Part shown: positions 36,716 through 50,140 of the stretch, piece after piece
How positions within the stretch are numbered: the first letter of the stretch is position 1
Layout: each line of letters opens with the position of its first letter
Source: Antedon mediterranea
Lineage: Eukaryota; Animalia; Echinodermata
Assembly (NCBI RefSeq): GCF_964355755.1
Contig: NC_092672.1
Location: 8,928,001 to 8,992,000 of the forward strand
Direction of reading: 5' to 3'
Length of the DNA stretch: 64,000 bases
Position numbers and translations under genes: made by a program
Notes under the pieces: model-generated
Told to the model about the DNA's origin: nothing
Seen by the model: only the letters and a program-made list of their open reading frames with translations
Databases searched by the model: none

Positions 36716-39602
36716 ACTCTAGTAGCTCAACTTTCGTATGCACTATGAGGTCCAGAGAATTTAACTTCAGAAATTGGTTTAGGATGGTCAAACAATTATT
36801 ATTGGCTTGGTTACACATTTTGAAAATGTGGCGAAAGGTCAAAAGGTCAGGGTGAAAGGTTATCAAACTAAACACCAATAAGTCCTTAAATCTCGACAAC
36901 CACTGGTCACAGCGAGGTAATTTTGGTCTCAAATTGATCAGAAGGTATACATTTATATTCAGTCTAATGGGACATTTTAGTCGAAAATGACCGGAAATGC
37001 CATTTCTGACCTTTGACTCACACCCCAGGGCATGTATGTATCTCCGTAACTACTGATTGTAGACACTTGAATTTGGTCTTAAATTGTTTGAAATAAACAT
37101 TTTGTTATTTGTTGCACATTTTTAAAAATGTTACAAAAGGTCAAAGGGTCAGGGTCAAGGGTTATATGAACAAATATAAATAGATACTTGTATCTCGGCA
37201 CCCACTCGTCGCAAAGTCAATTTTAGTCTCAAAATGTTCAGAAGGCATGCTTTCATATTCAATCTAATGGGACATTTTAGTCAAATCTAGTCAGAAATGC
37301 CATTTCTGACCTTTGACCCACATATCATGGCATCTTCATATCTCTGTAAGTACTGGTCGTAGAAACTTAAATTTGGTATCAAATTGTTCGAAATATACAT
37401 ATTTACATTCATTGTAATAGAACATGTGGTTAAAAGTTGAACAGAAATACTATTACTAATGTTTCAAACAAAAAACAAATCTCTACATAACTTATCCAGT
37501 AATGTTATGCAATAACTGATACTTTAAATTGTTTCAATTTCAAGTACTAGTTATTGCTGTCCCCAAGAACATTTTGATAGAAACGTCAAGCTCAACGGTT
37601 CTTTTCGGAATGCTAGAAGTAACTTGCCATGTGTATCCGATTAAACGCCCCGGGCATTTATTGTTCAAAAGGGTTTTTAGGGGGAGGGGAGGCATCTTTA
37701 TTTGGAGTATATGGTAACATGTATAATCAAATAAATACCACCTAGATGTAAAAAAAAATACAGCACATTTAATATCAAAAAGTGAAAAAAATGCTTGGTA
37801 AATTATAGATTATGGTAGTTAATGTAATGTGTTGTGATACAATTATTGTGTAAATGCATGTGGCGGGCGTATTCCACATGATCTATTGGAGGGAATGGTG
37901 GCGTTTATTTGAAATTCAAAGCGGGTGTTAATTCGAATAAATACTCGAGCTCTACAGTTAAGAATGCTAGAAGTAACTTACCATAGTTACCCGAATAAAC
38001 GGTCCGGGCATTTATTTATTCAGGGAAGGCGTTTATTTTGTTTGGGTGTAATAATGGTAACATGTATAATCAAATAAATACACCCCAGATCTAAAAAAAA
38101 ATAAATTAATATAATAAGAATAATAACTGGATTAAACCTCATTCTATCCTGGTGCAAGTACAATCATGTAATAAAAGGTATCAGAGACAACTATAATAGA
38201 CCAATTCATTGTCATTATTCCGTAACACTGTTGCATAATATTTTTAAATGTTACCGACAAAACTTATACCGGTACATTATATGTATAAGTTTTTTCGGTG
38301 TATATTATACACGTCTGTTCCCAGTGTAAATAATAAAACAATATATGTTTCTGGAGATTTATTATCAATACCACTAGAAACTTTGACATGTTTTAGGTAC
38401 TGAATGCATAGACAATAAAATCATACTACAACACTGTTCGACAGTACACAAGGGTGTTTTCAGGAAAGCTGGACATATTGTACAATAGTAATGAAACTAT
38501 GTATTGGCATTTAAAAATATGCATTTTATCATTTTTTGATATTAATTGTGCTGTATTTGTTTTACATCTAGGTAGTATTTATTTGATTATGCTACCATAT
38601 TATACTCCAAATAAAGATGCCTCCACTCCCCCTAAAAACCCTTTTGAACAATAAATGCCTGGGGTGTTTAATCGGATACACATGGCAAGTTACTTCTAGC
38701 ATTCTGAAAGAACTGTTGAGCTTGACGTTTATATCAAAATTGTTCTCGTGGACAGCAATAACTAGTACTTGAAATTGAAACAATTTAAAGTATCAGTTAT
38801 TGCATAACATTACTGTCTAAGGATAAGTTGTGTAGAGATATGTTTTTTGTTTTAAACATTAGTAATAGTATTTTCTGTTCATCTTTTAACCACATTTTCT
38901 ATTACAATACAATGAATGTAAATATGTATATTTCGAACAATTTGATACCAAATTTAAGTTTCTTCGACCAGTACTAATTACAGAGATATGAAGATGCCCT
39001 GGTATGTGGGTCAAAGGTCAGAAATGGCATTTCTGATAATTTTTTACTAAAATGCCCCATTAGACGGAATATAAATGCATGCCTTCTGAACATTTACTTG
39101 CTGCGACCAGTGTTTGCCGAGATACAAGTACCTTTATTTATTTGTTCATATAACCCTTGACCCTGAATCTTTGACCTTTGTAACATTTTTCAAAATGTGT
39201 AACAAATAACAAAATATATATTTCGAACAATTTAAAACCAAATTCAAGTGTCTACAACCAGTAGTTACGGAGATAAATACATACCCTGGGTTGTGGGTCA
39301 AAGGTCAGAAATGTCATTTCCGGTCATTTTTAACTAAAATGTCCCATTAGACTGAATATAAATGTATACCTTCTGATCAATTTGAGACCAAAATTACTTC
39401 GCTGTGACCAGTGGTTGTTGAGATTTAAGGACATATTGGTGTTTGGTCTTATGATCTTTCACCCTGACCTTTGACCTTTCGCCACATTTTCAAAATGTGT
39501 AACCAAGCCAAAAATGACTGTTTGACCACCCTCAACCAATTTCTGAAGTCAAATTCTCTGGACCTCAAAGTGCATACGAAAGTTGATCTAGCTACTAGAG
39601 TA
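36716..39602. repeat. Long inverted repeat: arms about 36716-37795 and 38521-39602, spacer about 725 bp
   Basis: tactctagtagctcaactttcgtatgcac... pairs with ...gtgcatacgaaagttgatctagctactagagta. The mirror pseudo-ORFs MFQFQVLVIAV lie at 37529(+) and 38783(-). Confidence 0.92.
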
Positions 39603-40624
39603 TAAATGAAATTGGGTATTTTTTGTCTATACACATTTCTCTCATTTGCGTTACTCTAATACGCCTAGTAGTACTCACTACAAATAGGACAATCTATTCA
39701 ACTTCATTCAGTATACTTCGTTCAATTGCACATGAAAGTAGCCATCTTCGACAAGTGCTCAAAAGTGGGTTGCAAAATAAAACAAATTTAGAGTTTTATA
39801 TATGTCACAGGTCAATAACTGTACTTCCTCACATTTTTTAAACAAATCTTCTATTAAGCAGAATAGTAACATATATATTGTGAACAATCTGACACCAAAA
39901 TGAACTATCCTGGTCCAAGTCAACCCAATAATGAGATATGGTAATTTGCCTGAAAAACAGGTCAAAGGTCAAATATAATATTTCTGGTCATTATTTGAGA
40001 AAAAAATTCATTATAGTAAATAGAAATGTTTATGTTCTGAACATTTTGACACCTAATAATTCAACTCTCTATGACAAGTAGTTTTATGGATATCAAAAGA
40101 TATTAACCTGAATGCAGTTTGAAATTGCACCATAAAGGTCAAAGGTTAAACATGGTACTTCCTGTAATTTTTTTCAGAAATACTTAGAGTAAATATAATT
40201 GTTTATGTTTTGAACAATTTGACACCAAAATAAACTGTCTGTAACAACCATTTACTGAGATATGGCAATGCCTTAAAATATGGGTCAAAGGTTAATGCTG
40301 GAACTTCCGGTCATTTTTCAAAATTTCAAAATTACTTTATTAGAGTAGTTAGAAATGTTTATGTTCTGAACATTTTGAGCTAAAAATCAATTCTCTATGC
40401 CCAGTAGTTTCAGAGATTGAGTGTTTAAGCGAAAATGTTCACCATTTTAAATTATGCAAATTAAGTGACCCAAGGGGTCATTTTGCTTGATGCCCATCAA
40501 AATGAATTCGTATATGATGGGCAACATCAATTTGTTCAATCAATTTTCTATCAAACTCATCACGATCCTCATTCGTTTCACGGTATACACTGATACTGTA
40601 TATATAATGTTATACCGTTATATA

Positions 40625-41800
40625 AGGGGTCTCTTTCTCGAAAACAGAGACCCCCACCAAAACGTATCAATATTACGTTATATAGGGGGTCTCTGTTTTC
40701 GAGAAAAACTCGAAAACAGAGACCCCCACTAAAACGTCTCATTAAATTGGGGGTTTCTTTTTTCGAGATTTCCCGAGACCCCCTAATATAATCCCTGTTT
40801 ATTAAGAGTGTTGCAAATACCCACCAACGAGCTTGGTCATAAATTATTAAAACCCAACTTTTATCGCAAAAAACCGTGAATTTATGTTTATTTATTTATC
40901 AATTTATTTTTTTTTTTAATTCATTTCTTTTTTAAGGCTCGCCCAACACAATATATTTGTCTTTATCCTCCAGTCTGCCTCAAAGTCTGACCTCATATCA
41001 TTTTTTTTATTGCATTGTACGTTATTATCTTTTATGCTTGTAAATAAATGTTACGAAACTAGTGTCAGCTTTTGAAATAATCTCCCGCTTTTTAGCTTCT
41101 AAAAGGCACCGCATGCATTTATACATCTTACTTCTAGGACGTCGACTTTGTATTCCAAAATGACAGTCTTTTTACACGCGTTCAAGAATTCATCAATCTC
41201 TTCTTATCGTTGCGGCATGTTCTTTGATCGGCATATCAGTTACCGTTTATTACTGATACGTCATTCTGTGATTTTGAGACGTTTTAGTGGGGACCCCCTA
41301 TATAACGTTATATTGACTTAATATTGAGACGTTTTAGTGGGGGTCTCTGTTTTCGAGAAAAAGTCGAAAACAGAGACCCCCTATATAACGTAATATTGAG
41401 ACGTTTTAGTGGGGTCTCTGTTCTCGAGAACTCGAAAACAGAGACCCCCTATATTACGTAATATTGAGACGTTTTAGTGGGGGCCCGATCTCTGTTTTCA
41501 AGTTTTTCTCGAAAACAGAGACCCCTTATATAACGTAATATTGACTTAATATTGAGACATTTTAGTGGGGTCTCTGTTTTCGAGAAAAACTCGAAAACAG
41601 AGACCCCCTATATTACGTAATATTGAGACGTTTTAGTGGGGGTCTCTGTTTTCGAGAACTCAAAAACAGAGACCCCCTATATTACGTAATATTGAGACGT
41701 TTTAGTGGGGGTCTCTGTTTTTTAGTTTTTCTCGAAAACAGAGACCCTGGGTCTCGGGTCTCTGGTCTCTGTTTTCGAGGTCTCTGTTTTCGAGACACCC
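40625..41800. mobile_element. Foldback-type (MuDR-like) element with opposed arrays of ~70-bp palindromic units
   Basis: Unit gagacgttttagtgggggtctctgttttcgag(aaaa)actcgaaaacagagaccccctatattacgtaatatt; about 7 copies at 41275-41800 and about 2-3 in opposite orientation at 40625-40790. Right terminus ggtctctgttttcgagacaccc. Confidence 0.7.
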
Positions 41801-43332
41801 TATTAAAAAGTGGCCAGTTTTGTAAAATGCATGGCCACGGGGGAAAATGATTACACGGTTAAAGTTGTAATCTTTAAAAAAATCAAAAACACAACTTAAA
41901 ACACAATTATATTCTATAGAAAATAAAACGAGTTAATGAATATGTATGATATGGGTTTGCAGACAACTTTTTTAGCCAATCAATGGGCTGCGCGCTTTTT
42001 GTAACACACACGCGCACCCTTCTCGTGCGCGCGAGTATTGACACGCCATTTTTATTGCAAAGAGTCGAGTGTGTAGCTATTAGGAGGCCTAGCCTACAGG
42101 TAGTTATACCGCCCGAGGTGGTCAGGCTCTAGGCCTAGCTAGCCTCCTAGCTAGGCCTAGCCTAGCTAGGTAGGGCTAGGCCTAGCTTAGCCTAGGCCTA
42201 TTTATATAGGCTAGCTAGTCTAGGGATAGGCTACTAGTACTACTAGGCAGTACTAGGGTAGTCTACACAACAGTAATATTTTAACTCAATATGAATATGA
42301 TTATGAACTGTTACTTTAGGCCTACATCAAACCAGCCTTTAGTTAGGCCTAGGCCTAGGGCCTACTACTGTACTATGTGTGTTTTTTTTTCTTTTCAGAA
42401 CCTTTGTATAGAAAGTTTCCGAATAACATGCAACATTATGCAGTGCTGAAATACGTCGTTCGTTGGATAATACACTTGCAATACCAAACCTGCCCGTGGT
42501 TCGGTAGGAAAATAAATATTAGCGAAAATAATAATTAGAAAGGACATGGTTAACTGAAGATTCTATCGGAGCGATTTTTAGGCCTACAATGTGTTATATT
42601 ATAAGTATACTTGTTAAATAAAAGTTGTATAAAAGAGTCTATTTTGTAAAATTACGTAATATTTCGAAATTCTATGTGATTGTATAGAGATATCTTATAA
42701 AAATATCGATAAGGGTTGTATAGATTTTTATAGAATTTCTAAAGAGTTTTTATAGACTTTTAGAAACTCATATAAGAAATTATATAAAAATTCTATAAAC
42801 TCTTTAGAAATTCTAGAGATATTTCTAAAGATATATCTATAAAATTTATATAAACCTCTATACACAATCTATAACAACAGCTCTATTGAAAAGTCTATCG
42901 GAATTTTATAGAATATATAGAAGATATAGTAGGCCTAACTATTTAGAAAAAGCTTTAGAAACTCCTCTATAAGAAACTTCTAAAGAAACTCTAAAGAAAT
43001 TCTAAAGATATATCTATAAAATTTATATAAACCTCTATACACAATCTATAACAGCTCTATTGAAAAGTCTATCGGAATCGTTTAGAATATGTAATAGAAG
43101 ATAACTGTACTGTATAGATAAATCTTTAGAAATTCTATACGAAACTTTGTAAAGAAATTCTAAAGAAACTCTAAAGATATTCTAAAGAATTTCTAAAGCT
43201 ATTTCTTAAGCTATTTCTAAAATTATTTCTAAAGTTGTTTCTATACAAAATCTAATAGTAAAATATATAGAATTTGTATATAATTTCTATAGAATTTTTT
43301 TATAGAAATTCTATAGATTTTTTTCTTACGGA

Positions 43333-43846
43333 AGTTACTGCAGGGGAAAACTTATTTATTATAGAGATAAAAGAAACAATGTAGTCGTATAAATAAGAAT
43401 GAACAATCAATCCGTAATTAAAAAACGGTTTTCAATCAATTAGGCTAGTATTCATAAACCTACTCGACGGTGCATGAATCCCATCAAATCTGTATAGCCC
43501 AGCCGACACAAAATGATGATGGAATATTCGGATTTAAAGCAAAATCATGTGTAATTCCCCTACTAAGCTCTAAATAGACATAATAATAATAATTTATTTG
43601 AAAGCTACACATTTGAAACGGTGGCAAACTTGAATGCGTCCAGAATAAGTAAACTAAAAGTTATAACAATGATTTAACAATAGGCATATTTACAAGGAGT
43701 TTGTTTCAATGAGTTTCAAACCGTCCTAGTTTCAGCCGGACAAGTAGCGCCTAATTCGTTGTATCAGATTACCCGGAAATGAGGATGGGTTGCTTCCGCT
43801 GCTTCCTTTCAAAATATACGTATTCTAATTAGTATAGGATGTGTAT
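43333..43846 (+). repeat. Right copy of the ~514-bp direct duplication, immediately upstream of the NXPE copy-1 acceptor (43873)
   Basis: Aligns with 31692-32057 plus 33218-33355. Confidence 0.9.
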
Positions 43847-43905
43847 TAATTAACGTTTATTTTCTTATTACAGATGGTACAACTTGAGTTGTTTGTTGCA
43901 TCAAA

Positions 43906-46900
43906 ATGCTTTCAAAATTAAAGATATTCATTGTGGCATGTATTATCTGTTCACTCGTTGTAATTGTAAGTATGATAGATAATAATATTGATTTATATTT
44001 GTTATCCCTAATAATACGATTATATTATTACGGACTTCCAAAGTCACGTGCGTTTACTTTACTTTACTCGTAAACATAAATGCACTTACATTGAATAGAA
44101 TTGCAAGTAAGTTGAATGAAATTGCAATTAAGTTGAATGGAATTGCCCTTAAGTTGAATGGAATTACACTTAAGTTGACACTTGACCGACGTTTCAGAAG
44201 TGGCAAATCCAGAAAATTATCAATTATTTTATTTTATTCATTTTTGTGTATAGGCCTGAGCCTAGTCTAAGAAACTTCAGTTGACCTGATAAGAAATCAT
44301 TATTATAACGAATTTATTTATAAATCTAACAATATTATGTGGCGTAAAACGAAACATAGGTCGGGGAAAGCACAGTTAAGAAATTTCAAACACTAATAAT
44401 ATGTAAATTAGAATAAAAAGTCATGTATTTTGTCAAAATTATGTTTATCAAGCTGTTTATGCTTTTTTTTTTTGGAAATAGCAATTGTTGAGGGCAGCAC
44501 AACAGAAAGAAAATCAGTAGACCATTTACCACACAGTGGTCCGTTCCTACCTCCCCTACGTAACTGTTCTATCGAGGATGGTTTAATATGATATACTTTC
44601 TTCCTATCACTGGAGTGTAACCTGCAAAGTAGTAGCCTATGGTGTATTCATATTTGCCATTAACATTCGGTTAAAGACCAGAATTAAAGTAATCTTGACA
44701 TGATAGAGTTTAAATTACTTTACATACATTAAGAACATCAATGCTAATAATAATTATCCAAGAAATAAAAAATGTTCAATAAGTCATTAAACTGAAGAAT
44801 TAGATTTAGTTGACATTAACATTCACTACAGTGGTAATATTTCACCCTAGGCAAGTTACCTAATAACTGACCAATCAGATAAGGCCAATATTATGACAAG
44901 ACAGAATAGGCACACCTGATTTGATGCTTAGTTTTCTTTATATATTCAGGCAAAAATAAAGCTGTCTCCTTATGACCAACCGCATGGAATCAGGCAAAAC
45001 ATTAAAACACAGGTAAGTCATTCATCTATAGATTGCTTTATGATAACAACGTACTGACTGTATACACGAATAACTCCTATTTATTTGAACTTACACCTTT
45101 TTATCGACAGCACTCAATGATAATTGATGCATTTGTGTAAACAATACCAAAATAATCAATACAGTAGGCCTAATGACACACTTATTTATAAAATATACAC
45201 ACGCATAGTGTAATTGTGGAAACATTCCAGTATAGGCCGTTGTCAATCAGATATTCTAGTAGATCTTCAGAACACATTTGAAACGAAATTCATTTTTTTT
45301 TTTTTTTTTGTCTTGTGTGGGAGAAATTTATTTATATAATATAACATAATAACAGGATTTTTATAGCGCACATACCACTCAAGAGTGCTGAAGGCGCATT
45401 TAAAAAAAAATAAATAAAAAACAAATCATACAAATGCCTGACAAATAAAATGCAATTTCTACATTGCAATCAAAAGGTTTAGTTGTGTTAAGAAGTAGTT
45501 TAGGCCAGCGATATAATTTCATTTTTAATAAACGGCAAAAATATTTACTTTGTGAAATATCATGTAAAATTTGTATTGGTATCCAAACAAGTTAACCATT
45601 ACGTGGCGTGTTCATGATGTATCTAGCCATCGGTAATTGTAGTTTTTCCTATCATCTATATCAGATTTATTTATGGTCGTACACCATACACCAGATCCAT
45701 AATTGACTGAAGGAAGCCAAAGTAAACTCTATTGAAGTTATCAACATTTTCTATAAAAGACCTATAGGCAATTCAACCAAACATATTACCTTTCTTACAA
45801 CACTTTCAAATTGAATATAAGCTTTAGGGCCCAAATACACACAATAGTGTCTTGAGAAAATTAACAAAAAAACATCATATTTATTGTTTGCATTCTTGAC
45901 AACTTATGTATTCATATCTAACTCCCTAGTTTGATGTATTATGTATTCATATTTAACTCCCTAGTTTGATGTATTATGTATTCATATCTAACTCCCTAGT
46001 TTGATGTATTATGTATTCATATCTAACTCCCTAGTTTGATGTATTATGTATTCATATCTAACTCCCTAGTTTGATGTATTATGTATTCATATCTAACTCC
46101 CTAGTTTGATGTATTTACTGAATTCTTTCAGCGCCCTGTCCTCTCTTGGTTGGCTATACTTAAATTCTCCCAAATCCTTAAAAGAGAGAAAATTAGCTAA
46201 GATACGTCAGTAATTAACTAATGTCGAATTTTGTCAGTTTATTTCAGATTCCTTTAACAGTTGCTCTATATCAGAAAATAATTCGATGATCGATATAAAT
46301 AGATCATTTATATATTTGAAGAATCCAGACAGACCTGTTAAAGTTGGTGATTTCTTCAGTGTAATAATCCAGGCACGTGATCTGTATAGTCAATGTACAA
46401 GTGGATATGATTTTTTCTTTGCAACAATGAATTCTAAGGAAAACCACAACACAGGAAAGATAACCGATTTAAAAAACGGTACATATGAGGTGTTGTTCTT
46501 CGCCGGTTGGCCTGGTGTCATCAACATTTCTATTGTTCTTGTCCATCCATCAGAGGCGGTATATTTCATTGAACAGGAAATATGGCCTTTGGAAAAAAGG
46601 TTGGCGTGGAAAGGATATTTTGAACAAAATAAATCAGAAACACAATTTTGCAGTATTAGTAAAAAAGCATTACTTGGCGTTGATAAATGCCAATACAGCC
46701 ATCCATTAGCTATGGGAGAAACTGTATTCTTTTGTGATAAACCTATGAAATCGTCATGCGATAGGTTGAGTTGGCTGCAGACGAACTCTCCTTATATTGG
46801 TAGCGTGTTTTCCAAGTTGTATTCATCTCATCAACAACTATTTTCTAAGTATGACCATATTTGTTTTAATTGAAAACATTTCAAAATATTATTCAATTTA

Positions 46901-48646
46901 ACTCAATTATTGCTTGCAATTCCGTCTTCCAAACGGTGTATCTTTATTAGTACATGTAATTGTTTTTGTTCAGTATAGTATTTGTTGGTATATTTTGGAA
47001 AAACAAATATTGATAATTACGGTACATATACGGTATAGCAATTTATAATAACCATACAATTTGTGGTAAGGTTTTTTTAGTATTAAAATAAAATATTTAT
47101 ACAGGATAAAAACATATCAGGTGTAGATTTAGCACCTTTTACATATGATCCTGTTTACACAGTAAACAGTAAAATAACAATAAAAAGTCAAAAATATGTA
47201 TGTATATTGACGATAAAAAGAGTGAAAATACAAAAAGGAATAACACAAATTTTTAATTGACCAAAGAACGGACAGTGACTTAAAAACAGAGGCAATAAAA
47301 TACAGTAGTTTTAAAAGACAATTTCTAAAATAAATCCCCAAATACAATCATTATTAATAAAACTGTTCGCAAAATGTTAAAATGGTGAGGATTTGTTATC
47401 ATAATGTTGGAAATAGAAATGAAACACCATTTTAACATTGCAATACATCTGGCTAACAATGTTAAATTAAACTCTTTCATATTTTTTTTAAGGTCTGTCA
47501 CTTATGCCCGTCTGGTTCAAGGGACGACTTCAATCAAAATCAGTAAAGAAGGTAAGTTTGACAATCTATCGCACGCCCTCCTCTAAATGCGATCTTTATC
47601 ACAACGTAAGTTAAGCAGAAACTATAAATTCAGTAAACGAAAATTTTCTTGTTGAATCAAAACCTTTTCAAAAATGAAATGGAACGAGGTTTTCTAAGAA
47701 TACGAAGTTCGAAATATAAAAGACAAATGAATGAAAGAGTAATCGAATTCCAAATCAACTTTACACACATTGACGTATTACTATAGTTTGTATATAGGCA
47801 TACAGTAGATGTTAATGAAAAGTAAAACAAACATATTGAATGAGTAAACGGTAATAATGAAAATATTTGTTTACGGTAGGAAATTTGCCGCTCGTGATTA
47901 GCAGATTACCAGAATGCAGGGCAGATCTACAAATGCCTCTTAGTGATGGGTTCTGGACAAACGATGTATGGACATCATTGCATTGCAAGACAAAACAATG
48001 GACAAAACAAGAAATTACCAAATGCATAAGAGGAAAACATATGATTTTAATGGGTGATTCTACAACAAGACAGTGGACTGAACAGTTGCTGAATATTATG
48101 GGAGTGACAAAAAGTAAATATACTACTAAACCGAACACTAAGCACATTCGACATCACAGCACTTCTATGATGCTTGACTTCTACTTCCATCCGTACACTC
48201 TTGGTTCTCCAACGTTTTATTACCGAGTCGGAAAATGGGAGTATGAAATATTAAATAATCTAAAAAAAAAAGACTGCAACTACGTAATTATAGTAAGTCC
48301 CTGGGCTCATTATATCCAATGGACAAAAGACAGTTACACAGAAAGGTTGCATCTTTTGCGAGAAGCACTAGTACGATTCATGAAACGTTGTCCGAACGCA
48401 AAGATTGTGGTGAAGACCTCGCACCCTCGAAATCATCCTTCGACTAATTCATTATTATACGCTAGCGATAAAATAGTATATAACATTTACAAGTTATTCG
48501 TTAGCATTTTCTCGGGGTTAGGTATTCATATTATAGATATCTGGGATATGAACTTGTCTTATCCGTCTATGAATACAATACACATGCCGTCACCAGTTAT
48601 TCACCAAGAACTGTTTTTGATGTTTTCACATATATGTCCTCTATAG
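43906..48646 (+). CDS. NXPE family protein (neurexophilin/Ig-like + PC-esterase SGNH domain), copy 1, about 519 aa
   Basis: Exons 43906-43965 (signal anchor MLSKLKIFIVACIICSLVVI), 44950-45012, 46238-46848, 47493-47551, 47880-48646; phases consistent. NXPE motifs: GKITDLKNGTYEVLF, VLVHPSEAV, FFCDKP, LMGDSTTRQW, IDIWDMN, NTIHMP..IHQELFLMFSHIC. The acceptor at 46237 is inferred from frame. Confidence 0.92.
45904..46114. repeat. 35-bp minisatellite x6 in NXPE copy 1 intron 2
   Basis: ttatgtattcatatctaactccctagtttgatgta repeated at 35-bp spacing. Confidence 0.95.
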
Positions 48647-49249
48647 TAAATTAAAAACTGTATTTTGTTTATTCATACTTGAATAAGCGATTAATAAGTA
48701 AATAAACGTCCTGTTTGTTTAATAAATGACAAATAATTCCTCTATTATCCTAAAATATGATTTCTCTTGAATTTAAAAGTTAAATATTCGTATTGCTTTA
48801 TAATTCTATTCACGATATCATCCGGCAATCCCACTTTCTCTATTCTATTTATGTATACTTCATAAATAAAATTCAACAGAAATACAAAGTTTACTCTGAA
48901 CGCATTCCAAGAGGATAACAATATTAAACCAGCGTTTCTTTTTTGTATATAAATTGTATCCTTTTCAATATACTTGCCCAAAGTCTGTAGTTATTGATTT
49001 TTGTTTATGTTAGTCCACCAGTTGACGTTTCGATTTTTGTGTGAATGTGAGCTCAAGTATTATACGTATGAAACGCCATTGTTCCAAAATATTTATATTT
49101 TTACTAATTATTTTTACTAAAACCTTGAATTGCAACTTTTAATTTGTTGGGGAAAAAAAAAGTATTCGCATACTCATTTATCACCTGTCTAAAACCCACA
49201 TGACTGCAATAGAGCAATATCTTTTAAAATAGTGTAGTGTGTAGTATAC

Positions 49250-50140
49250 AAATATTAATAATGAATGTTTATGAGTGTAATGGTACAAATAATGGCACGA
49301 GGTGAATGATGAAAGGTTATATTTCAACGAGGCGATGAGCCGAATTGAAATATAACCTTTCCTCATTCACCAAGTGCCATTATACGAATACAAAACATAA
49401 CATCTAAATAAATTCTTGTCATTTGAATCAAATAAAAGGTAGCCCTACTAGCCAAAGCCTACTACATTTCATTCACATTGATTAAAAACAGTAACATTTG
49501 GTTTTTAATAATTTTATATTAAATGTTATATTTATATGGATTTCGTAAACACACCTACCTTTGTGTTAATTATGTCAACAAACGACCAAACAATCCTAGG
49601 CCTAGCAAGGCTAAAACGCCTAGGCTAGGCCTAGCCTAATACTAGCATGGCCTAGGGTAGACCTAGTAGTAGCCTAGTACTAGCTTGGCTGAAAGGCAAA
49701 ACTTCGACAGACAATTGGAACTTATCTAAGCTAATTATGGTTTTTCCAACAATTCCACGTCTTGTAGGGATGTCCCCATTAATTAATCAAAATCCTAAAA
49801 ACGATCTAAAGCTAATTTAAATGCCTTTTTGAATGAAATTAGTACATAATGTCCAAATCGTACACAAATATCTGCTGCTGTTGCATATCTCGCGGTGGTG
49901 TTTACAAATGAAACTGAGACCAGACGACAGGTGGCGCTGTTGTATTTCACAGTACAGAGCCATATCAAAGGATAATTTGTGTACTAGATTTTTCATCCGC
50001 GAGACGTTTTTTTTTTCGTACACAAAAATGTTTCAAAAAGTACTATTAAACGATCGTTTAATAGTGCGTACTATTGCACGCCATGTGACCCACAATCGTC
50101 CAATCAAATGACAGGAATTTATTTAGGTGTTATATAATAG
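49250..50140 (-). mobile_element. Non-autonomous interspersed element (superfamily uncertain), about 0.9 kb
   Basis: Both ends match the 4920-5105 copy in opposite orientation. It contains a GGCCTAG island and the GC-rich motif cgacaggtggcgctg. Confidence 0.6.

Larger units (their letters stand above)
33356..43332. mobile_element. About 10-kb composite non-autonomous DNA transposon (CMC/EnSpm-like ends) carrying nested elements
   Basis: Left end cccgtaggaaaa..tagaattctatagaaattctatag; right end ctatagaa..tagaaattctatagatttttcttacgga. These form imperfect TIRs, with TCTATAG/TCTAAAG subterminal repeats over 42640-43320. The boundaries coincide exactly with the ends of the flanking duplication. 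No transposase ORF seen. Confidence 0.7.

Noticed and set aside
37529-38783. Pair of MFQFQVLVIAV ORFs as duplicated genes
   Set aside because: They are mirror translations of the arms of the long inverted repeat, with no splice or protein-family support.
46132-46200. Extra NXPE copy-1 exon after the ttctttcag acceptor
   Set aside because: There is an in-frame stop in the required phase, and the acceptor at 46237 gives a continuous frame.
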